A stretch of 64,000 bases of DNA from Eledone cirrhosa (Eukaryota): contig OZ024765.1 of assembly GCA_964016885.1 (NCBI GenBank), positions 16,430,001 through 16,494,000 on the forward strand, read 5' to 3'. The notes beneath the pieces were generated by a model that was not told where the DNA came from, did not search any database, and was given only the letters and a program-made list of their open reading frames with translations. Of this stretch, positions 1 to 14,722 are shown piece after piece. Position 1 is the first letter of the stretch; every line of letters starts with the position of its first letter. The translations under genes were made by a program, and so were the position numbers.

Positions 1-288
1 TATATATATGTATATATATATATGTGTGTATAAATATATATATATGTACATATATATATATGTGTGTATATATATACATGTATATATATAAATATATATA
101 TATATATTTATTAAAATAAAAGATTCAAGTTTAAGCAAAGAATTGCTGCTTTCACATTTAGCGGGATCTTCTGAAACTTAAAAAGTCAATCTGTGAACGC
201 AGAAGTAAATATTTCAAAAAACAGTGCAACCGAAAGACAGAGAGACGATACTTTGATATATATGTATATATATATGTATATATGTATG

Positions 289-371
<83 letters not shown>

Positions 372-485
372 GTATATATATATATACATATATATATGTA
401 TATATATGTATATATATATATATATGTATATATATGTATATGTATATATATATATGAATATGTATATATATATATGTATATATGT

Positions 486-535
<50 letters not shown>

Positions 536-606
536 GTATATATGTATATATATATATGTATATATGTATATATATATATATGTATATATGTATATATATA
601 TATGTA

Positions 607-664
<58 letters not shown>

Positions 665-1153
665 CATATATATATACATGTACATATATATGTATATATA
701 TATGTATACATGTACATATATATGTATATGTATACATATATGTATATATATATGTATATGTATATATATATGTATATGTATATATATATGTATATATATA
801 TATGTATATATATATATGTATATGTATATATATATGTATATGTATATATATATGTATATGTATATATATATGTATATATATATATATGTATATATATATG
901 TATATGTATACATATATGTATATATATATGTATATATATATATGTATATGTATATATATGTGTATATATATATATATGTATATGTATATATATATATATG
1001 TAAATATATATATATATATATATATGTATATGTAAATATATATATATGTATATATATGTATATGTAAATATATATATATGTATATATATGTATATGTAAA
1101 TATATATATATGTATATATATATGTATATATATATATATATATGTATATGTAA

Positions 1154-1219
<66 letters not shown>

Positions 1220-1228
1220 TGTATATAT

Positions 1229-1261
<33 letters not shown>

Positions 1262-1262
1262 G

Positions 1263-1309
<47 letters not shown>

Positions 1310-1310
1310 C

Positions 1311-1343
<33 letters not shown>

Positions 1344-1382
1344 GTATATATATATGTATATATATATATGTATATATATATG

Positions 1383-1420
<38 letters not shown>

Positions 1421-1422
1421 TC

Positions 1423-1502
<80 letters not shown>

Positions 1503-2197
1503 GATATATGTATATATATATACATATATATATATGTATATATAGACATATATCTATATGTATATATATACATATATATATACATATATCTATATGTATA
1601 TATATACATATATATATGTCTATATATACATATATATATATATGTATATATATATACATATATATATATATATACATATATACATATATATATATGTATA
1701 TATATATACATATATCTATATGTATATATATACATATATATATATGTCTATATATACATATATATATGTATATATATATACATATATATATATGTCTATA
1801 TATACATATATATATATACATATATATATGTATATATACATATATATATGTATATATATATACATATATATATATGTCTATATATACATATATATATGTA
1901 TATATATATACATATATATATATGTCTATATATACATATATATATGTATATATATATACATATATATATATGTCTATATATACATATATAAGTGTATATA
2001 TATATACATATATATATGTCTATATATACATATATATATGTATATATATATATACACATATATATATACATATATATATATATGTATATATATATACATA
2101 TATATATACATATATATATACATATATATATACATATATATATACATATACATATATATATACATATACATATATATACATATATACACATATATAC

Positions 2198-2228
<31 letters not shown>

Positions 2229-2289
2229 CATATATACATATATATATATATATACATATATACATATATATATATATATACATATATAC

Positions 2290-2322
<33 letters not shown>

Positions 2323-2345
2323 CATATATACATATATATATATAC

Positions 2346-2376
<31 letters not shown>

Positions 2377-2427
2377 CATATATACATATATATATATACA
2401 TATATATATACATATATATATATATAC

Positions 2428-2458
<31 letters not shown>

Positions 2459-2495
2459 CATATATACATATATATATATACATATATATATACAC

Positions 2496-2526
<31 letters not shown>

Positions 2527-2575
2527 CATATATACATATATATATATACATATATATATACATATATATATATAC

Positions 2576-2610
<35 letters not shown>

Positions 2611-2921
2611 CATGTATATATACATATATACATGTATATATACATATATATATATACATATATATACATATATATATACATATACATATATATATACATA
2701 TATATATATACATATATATATATACATATATATACATATATATACATATATATACATATATATATACATATATATATACATATATATATACATATATATA
2801 TACATATATATATACATATATATATACATATATATATACATATATATATACATATATATATACATATATATATACATATATATACATATATATATACATA
2901 TATATATACATATATATATAC

Positions 2922-2984
<63 letters not shown>

Positions 2985-3217
2985 TACATACGATTATATA
3001 TATGTGTGTATACATATATATATACACATATATATATATACATATATATACATATATATATACATATATATACATATATATACATATATATATATATATA
3101 CATATATATACATATATATACATATATATATATATATACATATATATACATATATATATATATATACATATATACACATATATATATATACATATATATA
3201 CACATATATATAAATAC

Positions 3218-3276
<59 letters not shown>

Positions 3277-3300
3277 TATACATATATATATATATATATA

Positions 3301-3331
<31 letters not shown>

Positions 3332-3337
3332 TGTATA

Positions 3338-3404
<67 letters not shown>

Positions 3405-3500
3405 GATTATATATATGTGTGTATACATATATATATACACATATATATATATATATACATATATATACATATATATATACATATATATACATATAAATAC

Positions 3501-3533
<33 letters not shown>

Positions 3534-3949
3534 CATACATATATATATATATGTATACATATATATATATAAACATATATGTATAAATATATATAAATAT
3601 TTATATATACATATACATATATATATATACATATATATACATATATATATACATACCTCCATTATATATATATATAACTGTCTGTGTGTGCTCAAGTGAG
3701 TTATAGTACACCTGTCAATATATAATTTCAACAAAATGTACAATTTATTACTATACCTATAACTAAATGTTCAAATATATTTGAATGCATATATTCATTT
3801 AAAAAAAAAAAAAATGGCTGCTAAGGATTCCCGCTTTGCATATTTTCATATGTAAATTGATAGTCAACAATTGCTCACTGTGCAGTTTTTTCTTACTTTT
3901 ATTGTTGTGTGACAACCGAACTGATAACTCTGACATCGATATGCATATA

Positions 3950-4004
<55 letters not shown>

Positions 4005-4015
4005 ATATAAATATA

Positions 4016-4052
<37 letters not shown>

Positions 4053-4140
4053 GTGTATATATATATATATATATATAAATATATGTGTGTACATATATAT
4101 ATATATATATGTATATATATATGGAAAGTTATATATACAA

Positions 4141-4172
<32 letters not shown>

Positions 4173-4185
4173 GTTATATATACAA

Positions 4186-4218
<33 letters not shown>

Positions 4219-4334
4219 TGTACATATATATATATATATGTGTATATATATATTCATTTATATAACTATATATATATATGTGTATATATATATTCATTTA
4301 TATAACTATATATATATATATATGTGTATATATA

Positions 4335-4365
<31 letters not shown>

Positions 4366-4528
4366 CAACACCATATGCATATAGACATACATATGCATGT
4401 ATATATATATATATCCGTGTCTGTGTGGGTGTGATAAGAATTATATGTATCATGTATAAAGATAGATGGAGCGATATATATATATATCTATATATATATA
4501 GATATATATATATATATATGTGTGTATG

Positions 4529-4540
<12 letters not shown>
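1..4540. repeat. Compound (TA)n/(TATG)n/(TACA)n microsatellite field with short unique interruptions
   Basis: Directly visible dinucleotide and tetranucleotide runs; the Y/I/M/C/H-only ORFs are translations of these. Confidence 0.97.
105..182 (-). mobile_element. Short (TA)n-associated repeat (family D) with degenerate HHR-like core
   Basis: Similar sequence at 8945-9018 and, reverse-complemented, at 50365-50435 and 51578-51630; minus strand reads cagaaga-tcccgctaaatgt-gaaa-gcagc. Confidence 0.5.
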
Positions 4541-4544
<4 letters not shown>

Positions 4545-4564
<20 letters not shown>

Positions 4565-4755
4565 TACATGGATAGAGAGAGAGATACATGGATAGAGAGA
4601 AATATATATATATATATATATATATAGGGAGAGTGAGAGATAGATGGATTGTGAGAAAGAGGGAGAGAGATAGAAAGAGTGAGAGAGAGAAAGAGGGAGA
4701 GAGCGAGAAAGAGGGAGAGAAAGAGAGAGAGAGAGAATGAGAGAGAAAGAGAAAC

Positions 4756-4800
<45 letters not shown>

Positions 4801-5161
4801 GAAAGAGGGAGAGAGGAAGGCAGAGAACCTAGAATAAGTAGAGATAGATAGAGAGATAGATAGAGAGATAGATAGAGAGATAGAAAAAGAGATAGAAAAA
4901 GAGAGAGAGAGAGAGAAAGAGAGAGAAAGAGAGAGAGGGAGAGAGAGAGAGAGAAAGAGAGATAGAGAGAGAGAGACAAAGAGAGATAGAGAGAGACAAA
5001 GAGAGATACAGAGAGAAATAGAGAGAAATAGAGAGAAATAGAGAGAGAAATAGAAAGAAATAGAGAGAAATAGAGAGAGAAATAGAGAGAGACAGAGAGA
5101 GAAAAAGAGAGAGAAAGAGATAGAGAAAGAGATAGAGACAGAGAGAGAAAGTGAGAGAGAC

Positions 5162-5193
<32 letters not shown>

Positions 5194-5195
5194 GA
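4545..5195. repeat. (GA)n-rich polypurine tract
   Basis: Visible GA/GAAA/GATA repeats. Confidence 0.95.
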
Positions 5196-5342
5196 AGAAA
5201 GTATTCAATACGTTCTGTAGAAAGACATCTATTTCAACATATTGCTGAACCCCTCGATTTGTTTCTCCGCTTACATACATGTCTACATACTTCTCTCTTT
5301 GTCTCTTCTTACAGGTATCTCTCTCTCTTTCTATCTGTATAT

Positions 5343-5376
<34 letters not shown>

Positions 5377-5681
5377 GTTTGTGGATATATGTAAATATAT
5401 ATATATATTTATATGCTTGTGTATATATGTAAATATATATATATTTATATTGTATATATTTATATATATTTTTATGTTTGTGTATATATGTAAATATATA
5501 TATATATATTTATATGTTTGTGTATATATGTAAATATATATATATATTTATATGTTTGTGTATATATGTAAATATATATATATTTATATTGTATATATTT
5601 ATATATATTTTTATATGTCTGTGTATATATGTAAATATATATATATATATATATATATGTTTATGTATATATATATATACC

Positions 5682-5712
<31 letters not shown>

Positions 5713-5922
5713 AAATATTTATATATGTGTGTGTATATGCATATATATATGTATGTGCGTGTGCGTGTGTGTGTGTGTAAAGATTCATATATTTTTGTGT
5801 ATATGCATATATATATATATATATATATAAATATTTATATATTTGTATATATTTAAAGATAGATAGATACACAGACCGGTGTACATACACATATATGCAT
5901 ACAACTAGACACACACACACAC

Positions 5923-5981
<59 letters not shown>

Positions 5982-6008
5982 TACCGATATGATATATTTG
6001 CACACACA

Positions 6009-6050
<42 letters not shown>

Positions 6051-6521
6051 CAATACATACAAACATACATATATTTGCACACACAAACATATATATATAT
6101 ATATGTATATACATACATACATACATACATTTGCACACACAAACATATATATATATATGTATATACATACATACATACATACATACACACACATACATAC
6201 ACACATACATACATACATACATACATACATACAAACATAAATACATACACAGATTCGTGTAGACATAAGCTAATAGTTGATAGAGCTACGCTGGTGCTGA
6301 TGTTGGTACTGTCGTTATAGATGTTAACTAAAGTGTCAAACTGTCGACAGATGAATATTTACAGCAAAGAATTAGCTCTGGAGAATTCCATGTTCGTTTT
6401 TAGTGTCGTTCATAGAAAGTCCATTGTAATCCCCAGAACACTCCCATATCTTCATTTTCAGATTTTTGTTGTCAAAACTATAGTACTGTCCTCATCGCAA
6501 TGTCCACGGGAAAATGTCACG

Positions 6522-6558
<37 letters not shown>

Positions 6559-6567
6559 TGTTCCAAC

Positions 6568-6681
6568 GTGATGATGATGGTGGTGACAACCATGATGGCG
6601 ACGACGATGGTGGTGACAACCATCATGGCGACGACGATGGTGGTGACAACCATCATGGCGACGACGATGCTGGAGGTGGTG

Positions 6682-6725
<44 letters not shown>
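6568..6725. repeat. 30-bp tandem repeat (about 3 copies) followed by (AAT)n
   Basis: gatggtggtgacaaccatcatggcgacgac repeated, then an aat run. Confidence 0.85.
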
Positions 6726-6871
6726 GCTTTTTGAAACGCTTCAAAATGCATGCTTGCTGGGAACAGAAAAAACCCTCCGAAACGTCCTGAATATCTGAGG
6801 CTGCAGGTAGTGGCTTGATATTCATTTCAACAAACCTTCCAGTTAACTAACATCAATGACTGAGACTCAAA

Positions 6872-6904
<33 letters not shown>

Positions 6905-6905
<1 letters not shown>

Positions 6906-7091
6906 TGTTTGTACTTTAGGCACAAGGCAAGCAATTACCCAGTGCATTACTGGTACTTTATTTTATCGACCCCGTAAGGATGAAAGGCAAAGTCAACCTC
7001 GGCGGGATTTGAACTCAGATCGTAAAGGGACGTAACTATGCTGGAATTCATGGCGTCCGACCCTCTACTGATACTGCTAATCCACCGCCTT
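6905..7091 (-). mobile_element. tRNA-derived SINE (octopus-type), inserted in (AAT)n
   Basis: Reverse complement of the 7878-8072 copy; B-box gagttcaaatcc; (AAT)n on both sides. Confidence 0.85.
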
Positions 7092-7141
<50 letters not shown>

Positions 7142-7226
7142 TATTTTAGTTATAGATTCTCATATACAGTTTCAAGCAGAAACGCATACTCATACATACA
7201 CACAGGCACAAACACGCCCCCACACA

Positions 7227-7309
<83 letters not shown>

Positions 7310-7492
7310 GTGTGTGTGTGTGTAAATATTAATTTATTTATATACACTAATACACACATCCATCCATTCACATACAGCATGTGGCAATATATACATGTAT
7401 GTATATATTGTTGTGTGTGTATATGTATATATATATACAGAGAGACATAGAGATGGGAGAAGTTATTCCACAACAGTGAGTTCACCAATCTT

Positions 7493-7529
7493 GAGAACAA
7501 TTGTTTCACCTTATTCGGATCATCAGCAC
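7493..7529 (-). ncRNA. Type I minimal hammerhead motif (family E)
   Basis: Minus strand gtg-CTGATGA-tcc-gaataa-ggt-GAAA-caattg-TT-ctc; palindromic stem III; one mismatch in stem I; relatives at 9352-9387 and about 46213-46247. Confidence 0.65.
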
Positions 7530-7877
7530 TGTATATATATATATATGTGTGTATATTAGGGTAAACATTGATGCAATTCAAGCACTCAACGTACTTTTTC
7601 CACATAGGGACGTAACTATGCTTGAAAGCATGGCGTCCGACCCTCTACCGATACTGCCAATCCACCGCCCTTATGGATCCACCTGATTCAAAGTTAAATA
7701 CTGCAACGAAGACACAGCATGGAGTGTAAGCTGAACTGCTATAAACTTTTATGTAAATAAGTTCAGTTCACTGTACGAAACACGTGTAATAACGTTTCAC
7801 CGCATAATAAAGTACCAGTAATGCACTGGGTAATTGCTGGCCTTGTGCCTAAAGTAGAAACAATTATGATTTTTAGA

Positions 7878-8072
7878 GAGGGCGGTGAATTGGCAATATC
7901 GGTGGAGGGTCGGACGTCATGCTTTCCAGCATAGTTACGTCCCTTTACGATCTGAGTTCAAATCCTGCCGAGGTTGACTTTGCCTTTCATCCTTACGGGG
8001 TCGATAAAATAAAGTACCAGTAATGCACTGGGTAATTGCTGGCCTTGTGCCTAAAGTAGAAACAATTATGAT
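7878..8072 (+). mobile_element. tRNA-derived SINE (octopus-type), full length
   Basis: ggcggtg start, A-box-like tggcaatatcggt, B-box gagttcaaatcc, body gactttgcctttcatcc, 3' end ggccttgtgcctaaagtagaaacaattat; fragments at 7607-7672 and 7805-7870. Confidence 0.85.
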
Positions 8073-8074
8073 TT

Positions 8075-8720
8075 TTAGCATGGGCACAAACTAATTTTTT
8101 TTGGGGGGGGGGGGGGGGGGCGATTAAATCAAACCCAGTACGTTGCTGGTAATCGACCTCGTAAGGGTGAAAGGCAAAGTTAACATCGGCGGGATTTGAA
8201 CTCATACCAGAAAGGGACATAACTCTATGCTGCAAAAGCATGGCGTCCAACCATTTACCGATACTGCCAATCCATATTTAATAATTGTTTCTACTTTTGG
8301 CACAAGGCCAGCAACTACCCAGTGTATTACTGGTACTTTATTTTATCGACACCGTAAGGATGAAAGGCAAAGTTAACCTCGGCGGGATTTGAACTCAGAA
8401 TGGCAAGGGCCGTAACTCTATGCGTCAATGCTTGGCGTCCGACCCTCTACCGATACAGCCAATCCACCAATCCATATTTAAGAATAATAGTTTCTTATAT
8501 AGGCACAAGGCAAGTAATTCGGAGAGAGGGGAAAGTCGATTAAATTGACTCCAGTACATTACTGGTACATTATCTTATCAACCTCGTAAGGATGAAAGGC
8601 AAAGTTAACCTCGGCGGGATTTGAACTCAGACCATAAAGGGACGTAACTCAGACCATAAAGGGACAATGTTGGAAGGCAGAGCATCCAACCCTCTACCGA
8701 TACCTCCAATCCACAGCCTA
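8075..8720 (-). mobile_element. Three consecutive copies of the same SINE family (about 8075-8272, 8281-8466, 8485-8720)
   Basis: Each contains gtaagg(a/g)tgaaaggcaaagttaac(c/a)tcggcgggatttgaactca. Confidence 0.85.
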
Positions 8721-8894
8721 CTACAATATATAATTGAAACCGGTTATACGTAATACAGCAAATATTACATTATTCGTTCTGATGGATTAAAGAAAAAAAA
8801 ATTAAATATACTTGTGTGCTTTTTCACCTTCACTTTTTAACCATAACCTTTGTTTGGTATGGACATTTATCCACCTTTTCAACTATACACACAG

Positions 8895-8948
<54 letters not shown>

Positions 8949-9015
8949 TAAAATAACAGATTAAAGTTTAAGCAAAGAATCGCTACTTTCACCCTTAACG
9001 GGATCTTATATGAGA

Positions 9016-9059
<44 letters not shown>

Positions 9060-9486
9060 TCTCATATAAAATAATACAACTGGCAATCCGCAAAATACGT
9101 ATAGTTAGCACGCCAAACGTATAATTGGGATTATACTAAGGTATATCCTAATGTTTGTTGAGTGAGACGGAAGCCGGTCGGAGTATTGCTTAAAGCTTTC
9201 TCTGTTAATGTATTAAATATATATATATATAATATATATATTTATATATATAGTGGTAGAACACTGGAAGATAATATCCGTAGTGGTAGAGCACTCAGTC
9301 CATGGGAGGAGTTAGGTAGAAGTGGTTACACAACAGTTAGTTCACCATACCGAGAACAATTGTTTCACCTTAGCGGAGCCTCAGCTCTAAATGGACATGG
9401 TTATCTGTTTCGGACACGAGGATATAGAGAGCTCTCACAAGGTAGGAAGCCAAACTCGCACGTGGAGAAGAATCTGCTAAGAGCCA

Positions 9487-9584
9487 AACTTTCGACGGCT
9501 AATTCTGGACTATGTTTGCATAGTTTTTAGTCCAGAATTAGCCGTCGAAACGACTTGAGCTCAGCTGTCGGGGTTCTACTCGTT

Positions 9585-9586
<2 letters not shown>
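9487..9586. mobile_element. Family A palindromic element, partial copy
   Basis: ttcgacggctaattctggacta and tagtccagaattagccgtcgaa form an inverted pair; ends ttcc-(TA)n like other family A copies. Confidence 0.75.
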
Positions 9587-9628
<42 letters not shown>

Positions 9629-9696
9629 CACATGTTAGACGATATGCACTTTAGATATATGCGTATCAAAATATTCTACTTGATTTGCAAATGTCT

Positions 9697-12600
9697 ATGT
9701 GTGTTTGAGCCCCGCCTGTCCGAGCATGTGTTGGAGCCTTGCCTGTCCGAGCATGTGTTTGAGCCTCGCCTGTCCGAGCATATCTTTGAGCCTCGCCTGT
9801 CCGAGCATGTGTTTGAGCCTCGCCTGTCCGAGCATGTGTTGGAGCCTCGCCTGTCCGAGCATATCTTTGAGCCTCGCCTGTCCGAGCATGTGTTTGAGCC
9901 TCGCCTGTCCGAGCATGTGTTTGAGCCTCGCCTGTCCGAGCATGTGTTGGAGCCTCGCCTGTCCGAGCTTGTGTTTGAGCCTCGCCTGTCCGAGCATGTT
10001 TCCTAGCCTCGCCTGTCCGAGCATGTTTCCTAGCCTCGCCTGTCCGAGCATGTGTTGGAGCCTCGCCTGTCCGAGCATGTTTCCGAGCCTCGCCTGTCCG
10101 AGCATGTGTTTGAGCCTCGCCTGTCCGAGCATGTGTTTGAGACTCGCCTGTCCGAGCATGTGTTGGAGCCTCGCCTGTCCGAGCATGTTTCCGAGCCTCG
10201 CCTGTCGGAGCATGTGTTGGAGCCTCGCCTGTCCGAGCATGTTTCCGAGCCTCGCCTGTCCGAGCATGTGTTGGAGCCTCGCCTGTCCGAGCATGTTTCC
10301 GAGCCTCGCCTGTCCGAGCATGTGTTGGAGCCTCGCCTGTCCGAGCATGTGTTGGAGCCTCGCCTGTCCGAGCATGTGTTGGAGCCTCGCCTGTCCGAGC
10401 ATGTGTTGGAGCCTCGCCTGTCCGAGCATGTGTTGGAGCCTCGCCTGTCCGAGCATGTGTTGGAGCCTCGCCTGTCCGAGCATGTTTCCGAGCCTCGCCT
10501 GTCCGAGCATGTGTTGGAGCCTCGCCTGTCCGAGCATGTGTTGGAGCCTCGCCTGTCCGAGCATGTTTCCGAGCCTCGCCTGTCCGAGCATGTGTTGGAG
10601 CCTCGCTTGTCCGAGCATGTTTCCGAGCCTCGCCTGTCCGAGCATGTTTCCGAGCCTCGCCTGTCCCAGCATGTGTTGGAGCCTCGCCTGTCCGAGCATG
10701 TGTTGGAGCCTCGCCTGTCCGAGCATGTGTTGGAGCCTCGCCTGTCCGAGCATGTGTTGGAGCCTCGCTTGTCCGAGCATGTTTCCGAGCCTCGCCTGTC
10801 CGAGCATGTGTTGGAGCCTCGCCTGTCCGAGCATGTGTTGGAGCCTCGGCTGTCCGAGCATGTGTTGGAGCCTCGCCTGTCCGAGCATGTGTTCGAGCCT
10901 CGCCTGTCCGAGCATGTGTTCGAGCCTCGCCTGTCCGAGCATGTGTCGGAGCCTCGCCTGTCCGAGCATGTGTTGGAGCCTCGCTTGTCCGAGCATGTGT
11001 CGGAGTCTCGCTTGTCCGAGCATGTGTCGGAGCCTCGCCTGTCCGAGCATGTGTTTGAGCCTCGCTTGTCCGAGCATGTTTCCGAGCCTCGCCTGTCCGA
11101 GCATGTGTTGGAGCCTCGCCTGTCCGAGCATGTGTTCGAGCCTCGCCTGTCCGAGCATGTGTTGGAGCCTCGCCTGTCCGAGCATGTGTCGGAGCCTCGC
11201 CTGTCCGAGCATGTGTTGGAGCCTCGCCTGTCCGAGCATGTGTCGGAGCCTCGCCTGTCCGAGCATGTGTTTGAGCCTCGCTTGTCCGAGCATGTTTCCG
11301 AGCCTCGCCTGTCCGAGCATGTGTTGGAGCCTCGCCTGTCCGAGCATGTGTTCGAGCCTCGCCTGTCCGAGCATGTGTTCGAGCCTCGCCTGTCCGAGCA
11401 TGTGTTCGAGCCTCGCCTGTCCGAGCATGTGTTGGAGCCTCGCCTGTCCGAGCATGTGTTGGAGCCTCGCCTGTCCGAGCATGTGTTCGAGCCTCACCTG
11501 TCCGAGCATGTGTCGGAGCCTCGCCTGTCCGAGCATGTGTTCGAGCCTCGCCTGTCCGAGCATGTGTTCGAGCCTCGCCTGTCCGAGCATGTGTTCGAGC
11601 CTCGCCTGTCCGAGCATGTGTTCGAGCCTCGCCTGTCCGAGCATGTGTTCGAGCCTCGCCTGTCCGAGCATGTGTTGGAGCCTCGGCTGTCCGAGCATGT
11701 GTTCGAGCCTCGCCTGTCCGAGCATGTGTTGGAGCCTCGCCTGTCCGAGCATGTGTTCGAGCCTCGCCTGTCCGAGCATGTGTTGGAGCCTCGCCTGTCC
11801 GAGCATGTGTTGGAGCCTCGCCTGTCCGAGCATGTGTTCGAGCCTCACCTGTCCGAGCATGTGTCGGAGCCTCGCCTGTCCGAGCATGTGTTCGAGCCTC
11901 GCCTGTCCGAGCATGTGTTCGAGCCTCGCCTGTCCGAGCATGTGTTCGAGCCTCGCCTGTCCGAGCATGTGTTGGAGCCTCGCCTGTCCGAGCATGTGTT
12001 GGAGCCTCGCCTGTCCATGCATGTGTTGGAGCCTCGGCTGTCCGAGCATGTGTCGGAGCCTCGCCTGTCCGAGTATGTGTTGGAGCCTCGCCTGTCCGAG
12101 CATGTGTTGGAGCCTCGCCTGTCCGAGCATGTGTTCGAGCCTCGCCTGTCCGAGCATGTGTTCGAGCCTCGCCTGTCCGAGCATGTGTTCGAGCCTCGCC
12201 TGTCCGAGCATGTGTTTGAGCCTCGCCTGTCCGAACATGTGTCGGAGCCTCGCCTGTCCGAGCATGTGTTCGAGCCTCGCCTGTCCGAGCATGTGTTCGA
12301 GCCTCACCTGTCCGAGCATGTGTCGGAGCCTCGCCTGTCCGAGCATGTGTTCGAGCCTCGCCTGTCCGAGCATGTGTTCGAGCCTCGCCTGTCCGAGCAT
12401 GTGTTTGAGCCTCGCCTGTCCGAGCATGTGTTGGAGCCTCGCCTGTCCGAGCATGTGTTCGAGCCTCGGCTGTCCGAGCATGTGTTGGAGCCTCGCCTGT
12501 CCGAGCATGTGTTGGAGCCTCGGCTGTCCGAGCATGTGTTTGAGCCTCGCCTGTCCGAGCATGTGTCGGAGCCTCGGCTGTCCGAGCATGTGTTGGAGCC

Positions 12601-13488
12601 TCGCCTGTCCGAGCATGTGTTGGAGCCTCGGCTGTCCGAGCATGTGTTGGAGCCTCGCCTGTCCGAGCATGTGTTTGAGCCTCGCCTGTCCGAGCATGTG
12701 TTGGAGCCTCGCCTGTCCGAGCATGTGTTGGAGCCTCGCCTGTCCGAGCATGTGTTGGAGCCTCGGCTGTCCGAGCATGTGTTTGAGCCTCGCCTGTCCG
12801 AGCATGTGTTGGAGCCTCGCCTGTCCGAGCATGTGTTGGAGCCTCGCCTGTCCGAGCATGTGTTGGAGCCTCGCCTGTCCGAGCATGTGTTGGAGCCTCG
12901 CCTGTCCGAGCATGTGTTGGAGCCTCGCCTGTCCGAGCATGTGTTGGAGCCTCGCCTGTCCGAGCATGTGTTGGAGCCTCGGCTGTCCGAGCATGTGTTT
13001 GAGCCTCGCCTGTCCGAGCATGTGTTGGAGCCTCGGCTGTCCGAGCATGTGTTGGAGCCTCGCCTGTCCGAGCATGTGTTGGAGCCTCGCCTGTCCGAGC
13101 ATGTGTTGGAGCCTCGGCTGTCCGAGCATGTGTTGGAGCCTCGCCTGTCCGAGCATGTGTTGGAGCCTCGCCTGTCCATGCATGTGTTGGAGCCTCGCCT
13201 GTCCGAGCATGTGTTGGAGCCTCGCCTGTCCGAGCATGTGTTGGAGCCTCGCCTGTCCGAGCATGTGTTGGAGCCTCGGCTGTCCGAGCATGTGTTGGAG
13301 CCTCGCCTGTCCGAGCATGTGTTGGAGCCTCGCCTGTCCATGCATGTGTTGGAGCCTCGCCTGTCCGAGCATGTGTTGGAGCCTCGCCTGTCCGAGCATG
13401 TGTTGGAGCCTCGCCTGTCCGAGCATGTGTTGGAGCCTCGGCTGTCCGAGCATGTGTTGGAGCCTCGGCTGTCCGAGCATGTGTTGGA
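9697..13488. repeat. GC-rich 27-bp minisatellite, about 140 copies
   Basis: Unit GAGCCTCGCCTGTCCGAGCATGTGTTG; 9-aa periodicity in the ORF track. Confidence 0.97.
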
Positions 13489-13678
13489 GGTGATGTACGT
13501 ACGGTGTTCTGTATGTCTCAGTATTTATGTTTGCCTAGCTTTTGTACTTAATATGGCAAATTTATCTTGGATAGTATTGTTTTTATTTCTTTCTTCAATG
13601 TCCCTGATCTTTCAAGGAGACATTTTACCCCACACCCATCCACAAAACACTACCCATATACTAACGGTTCAAATATAT

Positions 13679-13715
<37 letters not shown>

Positions 13716-13718
13716 GTG

Positions 13719-13767
<49 letters not shown>

Positions 13768-13804
13768 GTGTATGTGTATGTATATATATATATATATATA
13801 TGTG

Positions 13805-13839
<35 letters not shown>

Positions 13840-13842
13840 GTG

Positions 13843-13919
<77 letters not shown>

Positions 13920-13944
13920 GTGTATGTATATATATGTGTGTATG

Positions 13945-13979
<35 letters not shown>

Positions 13980-14218
13980 GTGTGTATGTATATATGTGTA
14001 TGTATATATATGTGTATGTATATATATATATATATGTATATGTGTGTGTGTGTATGTATATATATATGTATGTGTGTATGTATATATACATATATATATG
14101 TGTGTGTGTGTGTATGTATATATACATATATATGTATATATATATATATTTATGTATATATATATGTATATAAATATATATATATGTATTTATGTATATA
14201 TATATATATATATGTATT

Positions 14219-14303
<85 letters not shown>

Positions 14304-14304
14304 T

Positions 14305-14341
<37 letters not shown>

Positions 14342-14346
14342 GTATT

Positions 14347-14382
<36 letters not shown>

Positions 14383-14567
14383 GATAAATCTACCAAGAGT
14401 TTACGGTAGTGTCCAATCCGTATGAAGAACTCAATGTATTCCGGATATCATGGAAAGAAGAGATGTAATGAAAATCCACTTTCGGTGAAAGATAAACGGT
14501 ATACAGAGTCAAGATAAAATATTAAACAAATAATGAACAAACAATTCCTTATATTAAACAAAAAAAG

Positions 14568-14722
14568 TTCACTATTTAACGATCGTTTCTAGGGCATATA
14601 TGTGTTATAATTGGTATGCATATTTAACAGATCTATGTACAAAATTATACAAAATTATACAAATTATCAAGATTAAATATACATACCTAACTCATATATA
14701 CGCCGTCTTCAGAAATAATGAA
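14568..14722 (-). ncRNA. Type I hammerhead motif with very long loop 2 (mirror copy)
   Basis: Reverse complement of 22152-22306. Confidence 0.75.

Noticed and set aside
6321-6734. 137-aa ORF with D/G/N runs
   Set aside because: Made of (GA)n, a 30-bp repeat and (AAT)n; no recognisable domain
7878-7970. tRNA gene
   Set aside because: Pol III boxes belong to a multicopy SINE head; no complete cloverleaf
9697-13488. CRISPR-like array
   Set aside because: Units are contiguous with no unique spacers, no cas genes are present and the context is eukaryotic
9695-14173. 1261-1373 aa repeat proteins ([27 protein letters not shown])
   Set aside because: A stop-free 27-bp unit is open in several frames on both strands; there is no unique domain, and the EPRL frame has stops near 10004 and 10031
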